Shown: positions 20,777 through 34,210, numbered from the stretch's first letter. The stretch: 64,000 nucleotides of DNA from Anaeromyxobacter sp. (GCA_049840735.1 JASGJN010000004.1:96001-160000); one strand, 5' to 3'. Notes: a model not told the origin generated them from the letters alone. Numbers and translations are program-made.

Positions 20777-21445
20777 TTGACGGCCGGCAGGCGCTTGCCG
20801 CACCTTGTGTCCGTGCCCTCCCCTTCCGCCACGGGCGCCCGCCTCGGCCTGGTGGACGACGACCGGAGCTTCCGGCGCGCCACCGTGCTCTGCCTCGAGG
20901 ACGCCGGCTACCGGGTGGACGAGTACGACTCCGCGTCCGACTTCCTGCGCCGGCGGTCGGCGGTGCCGCACGACGCGCTGATCCTCGACGTGGACCTGCC
21001 CGGGCTGACCGGGCTGGAGCTGCAGGCCATCCTCTCCGGCGCCCCCGACGCGCCGCCGGTCATCTTCGTGAGCGGCCGCTCCGACGTCGTGCAGGGCGTC
21101 CAGGCCATGCGGCAGGGGGCGGTGGACTTCCTGGTGAAGCCCTACCGCCAGGAGCGGCTGCTGGAGGCGCTGGCCCGGGCCCTGGCGCACGGCGCCCGCG
21201 CCCGCGCCCGCGCGCTGGAGCGGCAGCAGCTCGAGGCACGGCTGGGGGGCCTCTCCGAGCGCGAGCGCCGGGTCGCGGAGCTGGTGGTGGAGGGGCGCCT
21301 CAACAAGCAGATCGCCGACGCGCTGGGCACCAGCGAGAACACCATCAAGGTCCACCGGGCGCGGGCCATGGAGAAGCTCGAGGTGCGCTCGGTGCCGGAG
21401 CTGGTGAGGCTGCTCGACCGGGTGCGCGCGCTCCAGAACGTCTGA
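20777..21445 (+). CDS. FixJ/LuxR-family response regulator
   Basis: LVDDD, ILDVDLPGLTG, DFLVKP and HTH LNKQIADALGTSENTIKVHR. The start codon is uncertain. Confidence 0.9.
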   Translation: MTAGRRLPHLVSVPSPSATGARLGLVDDDRSFRRATVLCLEDAGYRVDEYDSASDFLRRRSAVPHDALILDVDLPGLTGLELQAILSGAPDAPPVIFVSGRSDVVQGVQAMRQGAVDFLVKPYRQERLLEALARALAHGARARARALERQQLEARLGGLSERERRVAELVVEGRLNKQIADALGTSENTIKVHRARAMEKLEVRSVPELVRLLDRVRALQNV

Positions 21446-21583
21446 TGGCCCAGCCGCCCTGCCGGGGTCACGGTCGCCCCAGACCTTCGGTAACGCGAGC
21501 CAAACGTTCGCCAGCGCTAATGGAAGGACCGAGGTGGTCGCGGGTGCTCTGACTGGGGACATCGCGCGACCCTCGGGGGTGGC

Positions 21584-22243
21584 ATGGCGCCACAAGCGCA
21601 GGTGCTGGTGGTGGACGACGACGCGGCCGTGCGGACCGGGCTCGTCCGGACCCTGCGCTCGGCGGGCATCGCGGCCGAGGCCTTCGATCGCGGCCCGGCG
21701 CTGCTGGCGCGCCTCGAGGCGATCGCCGACGCCTGCTGCGTCGTGAGCGACCTGCGCATGCCCGGCATGGACGGGCTGGCGCTGCAGGAGGCGCTGGCGG
21801 GCCGCCCGGTGGGGCTGGTGTTCGTGACCGGCCACGCCGACGTGCCGTCGGCGGTGCGCGCCATGAAGCGCGGGGCCCAGGACCTGCTGCAGAAGCCCGT
21901 CTCCGCCGACCGGCTCCTCGAGGCCGTGTCCGCCGCGCTGGGCCACGCGCGCCGGGCCGAGGCCGAGCGGCAGCGCACCGGCGCGCTCCAGGCGCGCTAC
22001 GCCACCCTGACCCCGCGCGAGCGGCAGGTCTTCGCGCTCGTCACCTCCGGCCTGCTCAACAAGCAGGTGGGCTACGCGCTGGGCACCTCCGAGAAGACGG
22101 TCAAGGTGCAGCGCGGCCGCGTCTTCGAGAAGATGGGCGCCAGCTCGCTGGCCGAGCTGGTGCGCATGGCCGACCGGCTCGGGCTGGGCCGGGCCGGGGA
22201 CGGCGCGCGCGCCGAGGACGGTGCGCAGCCGCAGGCCACCTAG
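21584..22243 (+). CDS. FixJ/LuxR-family response regulator
   Basis: [19 protein letters not shown] and LTPRERQV...[20 protein letters not shown]. Confidence 0.93.
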   Translation: MAPQAQVLVVDDDAAVRTGLVRTLRSAGIAAEAFDRGPALLARLEAIADACCVVSDLRMPGMDGLALQEALAGRPVGLVFVTGHADVPSAVRAMKRGAQDLLQKPVSADRLLEAVSAALGHARRAEAERQRTGALQARYATLTPRERQVFALVTSGLLNKQVGYALGTSEKTVKVQRGRVFEKMGASSLAELVRMADRLGLGRAGDGARAEDGAQPQAT

Positions 22244-22273
22244 GCGACCCGGCTTGCGGCCGGCGCCGGCCCC

Positions 22274-23578
22274 GTGTCACCTTCGCGGCCCGCCGTGTCG
22301 CGCGCCGCCCTCCTCCCGCTGCTGCTCCTCGCGCTGCCGGTCCCGGCCTGGGCCGGCGACGGGGGCTGCCGCGAGCTGCAGGCCTTCCGCGCCGGCCGGT
22401 CGGCCGCGCCGCTGCCGCCGGCCCTGCGGGCCGGGTTCGATCGCCCGCGCTTCCTGGGCTGCCTGGCGCGGATGGAGCAGGAGGTGCGGACCCTGCAGCG
22501 CGCCGACGTGGCGGTGCTGGAGCGGGCGCTGGCGGCGCGCGGGATCACCGGCGTGGAGGTCTCCGAGCTGGACCGGCTGCTGCTCGATCCGGACGACGGC
22601 GTGGGGCGGGTGCGCGCGCGGCTCGCCCAGGCGCGGCTCCCGCAGGCCGACTACTACCGGCGCTATACGCTGGACGGCCCGCTCCTGCAGCTGCAGGTCG
22701 CCTGGACCGGCGGCGCGCCCGACGCCCGCGGCGGCCACCGCGTGCACGATCACGGCGTGGCGGAGGAGCTGCGGGCCGAGCCGGACGGCCGCGCGGTGCT
22801 GGCGCGGCTCCTCGGGGCGGCGCGCGAGGCGGGCCGGCCCCGCAACGCCGACCTGGCCATCTCCAGCGCGCCCGGCCGCCCGGCGCTCACGCCGGCGGTG
22901 GCCAAGCTGATCCTCTTCGAGCTCCTGCGCGAGCGCCTCCGCCCCGCCGACCTGCGCCGCGTCGCCGACCAGCTCCGGCTCAAGTTCGACGCCGGCTCGC
23001 CCTGGTCGGCGCGGGTGGGCGACCTCGACTTCGTCTCGGTGCACGCCGGCTACTTCCGCGGCGCCGGCCCCGAGCACGCCCCGCGCGCCTCGGGCGCTCC
23101 GGCCTCCAGCGGCCTGGACTGCACGTCGGTGATCCAGGCCTGCCTGGCCGAGGCCGGCGTGGGCTTCCCGCCCGGCTACCGGCTGCTCTCCGAGGTGCTG
23201 GCCCGCCTGGACGCGCCGGACGCCGAGGCCCGGGTGGCCCGGCCCGAGGCGGTGGCGCCGGCGCGCGAGCGGCTGGCGGCCGCGCCGCTGGAGCGCGAGG
23301 ACCAGCTCTGGCCGGGCGACGTGGTGGCCATGCCCGGCCACGCCTTCGTCCTGGCCGGCTGGGAGCGCGACGCCGCCGGGCGCTGGGTGGCGGTCACCTA
23401 CGAGGCGGTGGGCGGCGAGCACCGCGCCTTCGCCCGCTTCATCCGCGAGCTGGAGCCGGCCGGCGCCGGGCGCTGCGCGCCGCTCCGGTTCCGGGTGGGC
23501 GAGCGGCTGGTGCAGGGGACGCTGGTGCGCCCGCGGCCCTCGCCCGCCTCGCCGGCGGCCCGGTCCAGCGACCGCTGA
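22274..23578 (+). CDS. Secreted hypothetical protein with C-terminal NlpC/P60-like papain-fold motif
   Basis: Signal peptide (AWA-G); SGLDCTSVI...PGDVVAMPGHAFV. Confidence 0.6.
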   Translation: MSPSRPAVSRAALLPLLLLALPVPAWAGDGGCRELQAFRAGRSAAPLPPALRAGFDRPRFLGCLARMEQEVRTLQRADVAVLERALAARGITGVEVSELDRLLLDPDDGVGRVRARLAQARLPQADYYRRYTLDGPLLQLQVAWTGGAPDARGGHRVHDHGVAEELRAEPDGRAVLARLLGAAREAGRPRNADLAISSAPGRPALTPAVAKLILFELLRERLRPADLRRVADQLRLKFDAGSPWSARVGDLDFVSVHAGYFRGAGPEHAPRASGAPASSGLDCTSVIQACLAEAGVGFPPGYRLLSEVLARLDAPDAEARVARPEAVAPARERLAAAPLEREDQLWPGDVVAMPGHAFVLAGWERDAAGRWVAVTYEAVGGEHRAFARFIRELEPAGAGRCAPLRFRVGERLVQGTLVRPRPSPASPAARSSDR

Positions 23579-23671
23579 GAGCTGACCCAGATCAGCCGCG
23601 CCTCACCAGGGACCACGACGCCCCGTGCGCGGGGGCAGAGACTTGGAGCCGGACCGGACCGGAGGCGAACC

Positions 23672-24966
23672 GTGAGGACCCTCGGGAAGGCGAAGCGCGT
23701 CCGCATCTACGTGAACCAGGACGACCGGACGGGCGGCAAGCCGGTCGACGCCGCCGTGCTCAACCTGCTGCGGGCGGAGAACGCGCACGGCGCCACCGTG
23801 CTGCGCGGCGTGGAGGGGTTCGGCGCCACCGGCCAGATCCACACCGCCCGGCTGACCGAGGTGGCCCACCGGCTGCCGCTCATCATCGAGTGGATCGACA
23901 CCCGCGAGCGGGTGGAGCGGCTCCTCCCCCGCGTGCTGGCGCTGGTGCGCCACGGGCTGGCCACCGTGGACGACACCGACGTGGTGCTGCTCGACCCGTC
24001 GCCGGTCCGCGACCTGGACGCCGCGCTGCGCGCCTCGGCGGTGATGACGCGCGAGGTGGTCAGCGTGACCCCGGAGACGCCGGTGCGCGAGGTGGTGCAG
24101 CTCTCGCTGCGCTGGACCTACCGCGCGGTGCCGGTGGTCGAGGACGGCCGCCCGGTGGGGATCGTCACCAGCTCCGACCTGGTGGCCCGCGGCGGGCTGG
24201 GCGTCCGGCTCGACCTCTTGCGCGGGCTGGACCAGCCCAGCCTGCACGCGATCCTGGAGCGGCTGGCGCGCCAGGATCGGACCGCGGCCGACGTGATGAC
24301 GCCGGACCCGGTGACCGCGCGGGCGGACGAGCCGCTGCCGGCGGTGGCCGAGCGGATGATCCGGCGGCGGTGAAGCGGCTGCCGGTGGTGGACGCCGGCG
24401 GCGCGCTGGTGGGCATGGTGAGCCGGCTGGACCTGCTGCGCACGGTGGCCTCCGCCGACGGGCCGCGCCAGCCGGCGCCGCGCGAGATCGGCCTCACCGG
24501 CGACCAGCCGCTCTCGGCCGTGATGCGCCGGGAGGTCCCCATGGTCCACCCGGACACCCCGGCGGTGGAGGTGTTCCAGGCGGTGGTCGCGACCCGGCTC
24601 AACCGCGCGCTGGTGGTGGACGACGACGGGCGGGTGGTGGGCCTGGTGACCGACGCCGAGCTGCTGGAGCGGGTCACCCCCGCGCTCCGCCCCGGCGCGC
24701 TGCGCGCGCTGATGCGCCGCCTCCCCTTCGCCCGCCGGCCGGAGGACGCGGCCACCCACGCGGTGGGCAAGGTGGCCGCCGACCTGATGACGCGCGGGGT
24801 GGCCACCGCGCGCGAGGACGCGCGCGTGAGCGAGGCCATCCCGCTCATGCTGGCCGGCCGGCAAAAGGTGCTGGCGGTGACCGACGCCGAGGGGCGGCTG
24901 GCCGGAATCGTGGACCGGGCCGACCTGCTGCACGGGCTGATCCCGGAGGAGGCGCCGGGCGAGTAG
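23672..24966 (+). CDS. DUF190 (PII-like) plus multiple CBS-domain protein; 1-nt frameshift near 24370
   Basis: RVRIYVNQDD...GATVLRGVEGFG...LPLIIEWID, then CBS pairs. CGGCGGCGGTGAAG lacks one base relative to RRR-VKRLPVVD, which continues in the 23890..24966 frame. Confidence 0.85.
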
Positions 24967-24968
24967 CC

Positions 24969-26321
24969 CTACCTCCGCCCGAGGTCCTGCAGCAGCCGCT
25001 GGAAGGACGGCGAGGCGCGCATCAGCCTGGCCGAGACGTCGCGCAGCCGGTCCACCTGGTCCTGCTCCAGCGCCAGGCTGGTCGGCATCTGGTTGAAGGC
25101 CTCGCGCTCGGCCGGATCCTTCAAGGCGTCGAAGGTCACGTTCACCAGGTAGGTCTCGCGCTCGCCGGGCGCGTGGGCCTTCCAGCGGGCCAGGCCGTCC
25201 CGCACCTTCTCGACCGTGTCGAGGCTGATCCGATCCACCGGGATGGACCACATCTGGTCCTCGAGATCGCCGGTGCCCGGCGGCTCCGCGGAGCGGTCCC
25301 AGTCGTTGGGCGGGAAGCGCAGCGCGTTGACGGAGATGACCACGACCCGGCGCGCCCGGCGGAAGGCCTCCAGCCCGGGCGCGTCCGGCGCCACCTCCAG
25401 CAGGTCGAGGGCGCCCACCACCTCGGAGAGCCCCAGGTTCTCGGAGAGCCCGCCGTCGAAGAGGTGCACGTAGGGGCGATCGGGACGGGCGTAGGCCAGG
25501 AGCCCGCGGGCCCGCAGCAGCGACCGCCCCGGCGTGTCGGAGCCCTCGGCGGCCTGCTCCACCTGCGCCAGCCAGGGGGGACCGGCCCAGCCGCAGGTGC
25601 CGGCGCGGTTCTGCAGGGTGATGGGCGAGAGCAGCGGCGGGAGCGCGGTCGAGGTGGCCACCGCCCGGCCCAGCGTGACGCCCGAGACGTCGCCGCAGAG
25701 CGCGTCGAACTGGTCCTGGGTGAAGCTGAAGCGGGCGCCGGTGCTGATGTCCGTGCCGTGGATGAGGATGAAGGGGCCGCCCGCCTGCTGCAGGTCGCCG
25801 AAGGTGGCGCCGTCGAAGACGGTCTGGTCGTAGATCTCGGCGAACAGGTCGGAGCGGTTGAAGGTGCCGGAGGGCAGGCGGAACCAGCTGGAGGGCGAGA
25901 GGATGCGCTTCACCAGCTCGCGCTCCAGGTTGCGCGAGGTCACCCGGGGGCCGAACTCCTCGAAGGTCTTCTCGCCCCGCAGGCCGTAGTAGGCCGCGGG
26001 CAGCGTGCCGCCGGAGATGGCGGTGATGACGTCCACCTCGTCCAGCAGCCGCCGCGGCTGGCCGTCCGCCACGATGGTCGTGCGGCGCAGCTCCTCCAGG
26101 GCGCCGTAGCCGAGCGAGGCGGCGCGCATGCCGCCGCCGGAGATGGCCAGGATCACCAGCAGGTCGTCCGACTGCCCGGGCCGGTGGGCCTCGGACATCC
26201 GGTACCCGGGGCCGCCGGCCCTCTCCAGCCTGGGGGTGCCCGGGTGGTGGGCGCAGGCCGCGAGGAGCAGCGCGAGGGCGGCGAGCAGCTGCGGGCGGCG
26301 GACGGGCGGCGGTGCGGTCAT
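24969..26321 (-). CDS. Patatin-like phospholipase, lipoprotein
   Basis: Lipobox LAA-C; SGGGMRA oxyanion motif, AISGG nucleophile elbow, DGG motif. Confidence 0.9.
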   Translation of the reverse strand: MTAPPPVRRPQLLAALALLLAACAHHPGTPRLERAGGPGYRMSEAHRPGQSDDLLVILAISGGGMRAASLGYGALEELRRTTIVADGQPRRLLDEVDVITAISGGTLPAAYYGLRGEKTFEEFGPRVTSRNLERELVKRILSPSSWFRLPSGTFNRSDLFAEIYDQTVFDGATFGDLQQAGGPFILIHGTDISTGARFSFTQDQFDALCGDVSGVTLGRAVATSTALPPLLSPITLQNRAGTCGWAGPPWLAQVEQAAEGSDTPGRSLLRARGLLAYARPDRPYVHLFDGGLSENLGLSEVVGALDLLEVAPDAPGLEAFRRARRVVVISVNALRFPPNDWDRSAEPPGTGDLEDQMWSIPVDRISLDTVEKVRDGLARWKAHAPGERETYLVNVTFDALKDPAEREAFNQMPTSLALEQDQVDRLRDVSARLMRASPSFQRLLQDLGRR

Positions 26322-26382
26322 TGGGGGTCTCCGGCCTGCAGGCCTACCACGCCCGGCCCGCCCCGTCGGTTGGCCCTTCGTC

Positions 26383-27578
26383 TCAGGGCGCCGCGGCGGC
26401 CCAGCCCTCCTCGGCGGACGCCGGCGCGGCCGGGGCGAAGGTCACCACCACCTCCGTCCCGCACCCCTCGCCCTCGCTGTGGGCCTCGGCCGTCCCGCCG
26501 TGGAGCGCCGCCAGCCCCTTCACCATGGCCAGCCCGAGCCCGAGCCCACCCTCGCTGCGCGCCAGCCCCTGCGGTCCCTGCGAGAACGGCTCGAAGAGCC
26601 GGGGCAGGAGCTCCGGGGCGATGCCCGCGCCGTCGTCCCTCACGCACAGCTCCAGCCGGCCGGCGCGCCGCCGCACCCGCACCCAGACGTGCCCGCCGGG
26701 CGGCGTGTACTTGGCCGCGTTCTGCAGCAGGTTGCCGGCGATCTGCGCGATGCGGGTGGCGTCGCCGTCGAGCGGCAGCGGCGCCGGCGACCGCTCCAGC
26801 ACCAGCTCCACGCCGCGGGCCTCCAGCACGGCCCGGTGGTCCTCGCTCGCCCGCGCCGCCACCTCGCCCAGGTCGATGCGCTCCCGGCGCAGCTCAATCT
26901 TGCCGCGCACGATCCGGGTCACGTCCAGCAGGTCGTCCACCAGGCGCGTCAGGTGCGCGGCCTGGCGGGCCACCACCTCCCGCGCCCGCCGCGCGCGCGG
27001 GCTGGCCGGGTCGGACTGCTCCATCAGGTACAGCGCCGAGGTGAGCGGGGCGAGGGGGTTCCGCAGCTCGTGGCTGAGCATCCCCAGGAACTCGTCCTTG
27101 CGCCAATCGGCGTCGCGCAGCGCCTGCTCGGCCCGGCGGCGGTCCTCGATGTCGGTGCCAATCCCCATCCACCCGGTGACCCGGCCGGCGGCGTCGCGCA
27201 CCGGCGAGGCGCGCCCCAGGAACCACCGGTAGGCGCCGTCCGCCCGGCGCACGCGGAACTCGCACTCCAGCAGCCCGCCCGTGGCCACGGCCTGCCGGAC
27301 GCCGGCCGCCAGCTGGGCCACGTCGGCGGGGTGGATCACGTCCAGCCAGTCGTTGCCGGAGGCCGAGCCTGATCACTGCCGGTGTAGTCGAACCAGTGGC
27401 GGTTGCGCTCCACGATGACCGCGTTCTCGTCGGTGCGCCAGGCGATGGCGGGGATGGACTCCATCCACTCGCGCGTGGTGCTGGCCCTGGCCCGCTCCGC
27501 CGCTGCGGCGGGCGAGGCCCCTGGGACCGGCCGTTCAGGCGACCGGGGCTTCGCTGGCTTGGCGTGGGCGTGCGGCAT
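26383..27578 (-). CDS. PAS-domain sensor histidine kinase; frameshift near 27360
   Basis: MESIPAIAWRTD...WFDYTG then (shifted) DWLDVIHPAD...YRWFLGRA; H-box KDEFLGMLSHELRNPLAP; NLLQNAAKYT; GLGLGL. Confidence 0.88.
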
Positions 27579-27700
27579 GGAGGTCCTCTGGTTGGGGCTA
27601 CCGGGTGGTAACCGCTGGAGGCGCCACACTTCTTCCGGACCACCTGGACCCACCGCAGAGCCGGCGCAGCCGTCGCTATCTTCACAGCCGAGGAGGTGGC

Positions 27701-29218
27701 ATGGCGACGGCCCAGGGAAGGGTGGCGGCGGCCCCGGCGCCGGCCGCGCCGGGCGGCATCCGCAGCTACGAGGACTTGGACGGGGGCGAGGGGCAGGCGC
27801 TCACCTTCCGCCCGCACCGGTACGCGGCGGCCGACCTGGCGCCGCTCCGCTGCACGGTGGTGGTCCAGGCGGGCGGCGGTCGCCTCGAGTGTCCGCTCCG
27901 CGACGTGTCCCGCAACGGCGTGGCCTTCTCCGCGCCCGCCACGCTCCCCGCGTCGCCCGGGCAGCCCCTCGAGCTCTCGGTGCGGCTCGACGCGCACCCG
28001 CTCTGGTCCGGGCAGGCCCGGGTGCGGGACGTGCGCCTGGTCGGCGGGCAGCGGCTGGTGGCGGCCAGCTTCGGCGAGGCGCTGGTGGACGGGGACGAGC
28101 TGCGCCTCCTGCGCGAGGTCTGGATCCCCGGCGCGGCCGGGCTGCGGCTGGCCGAGCAGCCCTGGCGCGCCGGCGGGGCGGAGCGCTTCCGCGCCCGGGT
28201 GGCGGAGCTGGGCGCCTACCTGGAGGAGCTGCAGGAGCGGCTCGGCCGGCTGGAGGCCTCCCTGCCCTGGGACCCCTCGGCGGCCCACCGCTCGACCGCC
28301 CGCACCGCCCTGGTCGCGCGGCTGCGGGCCGAGGTGGCGGAGGACGTGCTGGCGCAGGCCACCGCCGTCGGAGAGGCGCTGGCGGCGGCCGACCCCCAGG
28401 AGCTGGAGGCGCACCGGGCCTGGTCGCTGCGCCAGCTCCAGCCGCTGCTGATGCAGGCCCCCTGGCTGCACCGGGCGCGCCACAAGCCGCTCGGCTACCC
28501 GGGCGACTACGAGGTGATGAACTACCTCTACGAGCGCGACTTCGCCGGCCCCACGCTCTTCGCGCGGACCATGGGGTACGCCTTCATGCAGACCCACGCG
28601 GCGCGGGCGGTGCGCTGCCGGAAGGACCTGGTGAAGGAGGTGCTGCGGCGCCACCTGCTGGGCGCGGGCGGCCGCCCCCTGCGCCTGCTCTCCATCGCGG
28701 CCGGCCCGGCGCGCGAGCTGCAGGAGCTGCTGCGGGAGCTGGAGGAGCTGCCGGCGGACCTGGAGGTGGTGCTCTTCGACCAGGACCGGGGCGCGCTGGA
28801 GCACGCCTTCCAGCGGCTGCGCCCCCTGGCCGACGCCCGCTTCCCCGGGCGCGTCCGCATCGCCTTCCTCAACGCCTCGGTGCGCCGCCTGCTGCGCGAC
28901 CCGCACCTGTTCGACGAGCTGGGGCGCTTCGACGTGGTCTGGTCGGCCGGGCTGTTCGACTACTTCCACGAGGCCACCGCGGTCCGGCTGGCCCGCAACC
29001 TGATGGTCGCCGCGGCCCCCGGGGCGCCGGTGCTGATCGGCAACATGACCGACCACCCGCACCGCTGGCTGATGGAGTTCCACCTCGAGTGGACGCTGCT
29101 CTACCGCTCCCGCGAGGCCCTGGCCGGGCTGGCGCGGCGGGCTGCGCCGGGGGCGCAAATCACGGTGCTGGAGGAGGCGAGCGGCGTGAACCCGTTCGTG
29201 CAGCTCGAGGCGCCGTGA
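27701..29218 (+). CDS. PilZ-like domain plus class I SAM-dependent methyltransferase (PhcB-like)
   Basis: RBS AGGAGG; FRPHRY...DVSRNG (RxxR...DxSxxG); KPLGYPGDYEVMNYLY; LLSIAAGPARE, LFDQD and SAGLFDYF. Confidence 0.75.
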   Translation: MATAQGRVAAAPAPAAPGGIRSYEDLDGGEGQALTFRPHRYAAADLAPLRCTVVVQAGGGRLECPLRDVSRNGVAFSAPATLPASPGQPLELSVRLDAHPLWSGQARVRDVRLVGGQRLVAASFGEALVDGDELRLLREVWIPGAAGLRLAEQPWRAGGAERFRARVAELGAYLEELQERLGRLEASLPWDPSAAHRSTARTALVARLRAEVAEDVLAQATAVGEALAAADPQELEAHRAWSLRQLQPLLMQAPWLHRARHKPLGYPGDYEVMNYLYERDFAGPTLFARTMGYAFMQTHAARAVRCRKDLVKEVLRRHLLGAGGRPLRLLSIAAGPARELQELLRELEELPADLEVVLFDQDRGALEHAFQRLRPLADARFPGRVRIAFLNASVRRLLRDPHLFDELGRFDVVWSAGLFDYFHEATAVRLARNLMVAAAPGAPVLIGNMTDHPHRWLMEFHLEWTLLYRSREALAGLARRAAPGAQITVLEEASGVNPFVQLEAP

Positions 29219-29274
29219 CGCGGCGCGCGGGGTGGGGGCCGCAGGCCGGACGGCTGCCGTAATCCGTCACGCCC

Positions 29275-29700
29275 TCAGGTGGTCGGGACTCGGGGGCCCC
29301 CGCTCAGCGACGCCAGGAGGCCTTCGAGGTCCGGCGGCTTGGTGAGGTGCTCGTCGAAGCCGGCCGCCCGCGCCCGCTCCTGGTCCTCCGGCTGCCCGTA
29401 GCCGCTCAGCGCCACCAGCCGCGCCGCCCGCGTTCCGTCGGCGCCCCGCAGCGCCCGCGCCACCGCCAGGCCGTCGGAATCCGGCAGGCCGAGGTCGCAG
29501 AGCACCACCTCCGGCCGCAGCCGCTCCGCCAGGGCCAGCCCGGTGCGCCCGTCGCCGGCCACCTCGACGTGGTGGCCGTGGAGCGTGAGCAGGTCGGCCA
29601 GGCTCTGGGCGGCGTCGAGGTTGTCCTCGATCACCAGCACCATCCGCGGGCGCGGCTGCGAGGCCGTCGCGCCCTGCTGCTCCTGGACCTCCTCGCTCAT
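29275..29700 (-). CDS. Single-domain response regulator (REC)
   Basis: VLVIEDN, LCDLGLPDSDG, LVALSGYG and LTKP. Confidence 0.9.
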   Translation of the reverse strand: MSEEVQEQQGATASQPRPRMVLVIEDNLDAAQSLADLLTLHGHHVEVAGDGRTGLALAERLRPEVVLCDLGLPDSDGLAVARALRGADGTRAARLVALSGYGQPEDQERARAAGFDEHLTKPPDLEGLLASLSGGPRVPTT

Positions 29701-29849
29701 CCGCGCCTCCGCACGGCCGAGTGTACGCCCGGGCGACCTGACGCACAGCGCGAACCCGGGGCCCCCGCGGGGCAGGTCACCGCAGGGCTCCGGGCGTGCG
29801 GGCGGCCGTCCCCGTGCTAGCTTCCACGGGCACCCCACACGGAGCCCCC

Positions 29850-30467
29850 ATGGCGCGCGACATCTTCACCGAGCCGGACGAGATCGACGTCCGGACCCTC
29901 CTCCACCTGGGCCCGCTGGCCCCGCTGGCCGGGACCTGGGAGGGCCAGGGGCTCGACCTCCACCCGGTGGCCGAGGGCGGCGAGGAGGAGCCGTACCGCG
30001 AGCGCATCGGTCTTCGAGCCCATCGACCCGCAGCCCAACGGCCCGCAGCTGCTCTACGGCCTGCGCTACCACGTCCACGTGAACAAGCTGGACGAGCCGC
30101 TCACCTTCCACGACCAGGTGGGCTACTGGCTGTGGGAGCCCGCCACCGGCGCGCTGCTCCAGACCGTGGCCATCCCGCGCGGCCTGGTGGCGCTGGCGAC
30201 CGGCCAGGCCGCGGCGGACGCGCGCCGCTTCTCGGTGCGGGCCGTGCTGGGCGAGCCCACCGCCGGGATCAGCGCCGCGCCGTTCCTGCACGAGAACTAC
30301 GGACCCTCGAGTACGGCATCACCCTCACGTTCGGTGACGACGGGACCCTGACCTACGAGCAGGACACGGTCCTGCAGGTGGCGGGGCGGCCCGAGCCGTT
30401 CCACCACACCGACCGGAACGTGCTGAAGCGCGTCGCGCCGCCGGTGCCCAACCCGGCGGCGCGGTAG
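29850..30467 (+). CDS. Nitrobindin / FABP-like heme-binding beta-barrel (DUF1794); compensating frameshifts near 30010 and 30300
   Basis: [13 protein letters not shown]...then [15 protein letters not shown]...[12 protein letters not shown]...IPRG, then TYEQDTVL...FHHTDRNVL. Confidence 0.8.
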   Translation: MARDIFTEPDEIDVRTLLHLGPLAPLAGTWEGQGLDLHPVAEGGEEEPYRERIGLRAHRPAAQRPAAALRPALPRPREQAGRAAHLPRPGGLLAVGARHRRAAPDRGHPARPGGAGDRPGRGGRAPLLGAGRAGRAHRRDQRRAVPARELRTLEYGITLTFGDDGTLTYEQDTVLQVAGRPEPFHHTDRNVLKRVAPPVPNPAAR

Positions 30468-30475
30468 CGGGGGGA

Positions 30476-30499
30476 GGCGGGGGCCCTGCGGCCCCCGCC
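30476..30499. terminator. GC hairpin between convergent nitrobindin and nrfA genes
   Basis: GGCGGGGGCC-CTGC-GGCCCCCGCC perfect 10-bp stem; no U-tract. Confidence 0.5.
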
Positions 30500-30506
30500 C
30501 CGCCGG

Positions 30507-32182
<1,676 letters not shown>

Positions 32183-32215
32183 CGGAGGCTCCTTCTCGAT
32201 CAGGGGGCGGTTCGT

Positions 32216-32674
32216 TCAGCGGAGGTGGCCGACGGAGGCGTGGCAGCGGACGCAGGAGACGCCGCCGCCGTGGGCCACGCTCTCGACCAGGTCGGCGTGG
32301 CAGCGGCGGCAGTTGTCCTCGACGATGGCGGCGCTCTCCGGCCGGGCGCGGATCACGTCGGGGTAGCCGCCGAAGGTGAAGGCGGTGGAGTGGTGGTAGC
32401 CGTTGATCGCCTTCACCAGGTACTTGGAGAAGAACCCGGCGGGCGTGTGGCAGTCGTTGCAGGTGGCCACCAGGTGGTGCGGCGCGGCCTGCCAGCCGGA
32501 GTAGTGGCCGGCCATGACGTGGCAGTTGGCGCAGGTGGCCGGGTCGTTGCCCAGGTAGCTCGAGCCCTTCGCGTAGTGGAAGGCGTAGCCGCCGATGCCG
32601 GCCGCCAGCCCGGCCGCAGCGGCGACCAGGGCCAGCGTGAGCGGGATGACGGTGGTGCCGCGGCTCTTCGTCAT
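32216..32674 (-). CDS. nrfH: Cytochrome c nitrite reductase small subunit NrfH (NapC/NirT family)
   Basis: N-terminal TM helix; CANCHVM, CNDCH, CRRCH and CVRCH...VGH; directly upstream of nrfA. Confidence 0.93.
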   Translation of the reverse strand: MTKSRGTTVIPLTLALVAAAAGLAAGIGGYAFHYAKGSSYLGNDPATCANCHVMAGHYSGWQAAPHHLVATCNDCHTPAGFFSKYLVKAINGYHHSTAFTFGGYPDVIRARPESAAIVEDNCRRCHADLVESVAHGGGVSCVRCHASVGHLR

Positions 32675-32704
32675 GGAGGCCCTCGAGGGTTCGACGCCGC
32701 CCTT

Positions 32705-32720
32705 CGCAAGCGGCTTGCCA
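32705..32720 (-). promoter_or_regulatory. Sigma54 (-24/-12) promoter of nrfHA
   Basis: Minus strand reads TGGCAAGCCGCTTGCG (GG-N10-GC with TTGC), 30 nt upstream of the nrfH ATG. Confidence 0.8.
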
Positions 32721-32830
32721 CCCTAGCAGGTGGCCAAGGCCTCGGAAGGACGGGTCCCGGAAGGGACGGCGGCGGGGTTCACCGGATGCGAGGGTCCGGG
32801 ATCGGATGGCCGGATCCGATCCGTCGGCCC

Positions 32831-34206
<1,376 letters not shown>

Positions 34207-34210
<4 letters not shown>

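Noticed and set aside
23672..24000. DUF190 as part of a crcB fluoride-export locus
   Set aside because: No crcB/fluc gene or fluoride riboswitch is seen nearby.
24365..24375. In-frame TGA in the DUF190-CBS gene as selenocysteine or readthrough
   Set aside because: The homologous CBS sequence (VKRLPVVD) continues in a different frame, so this is an indel and not recoding.
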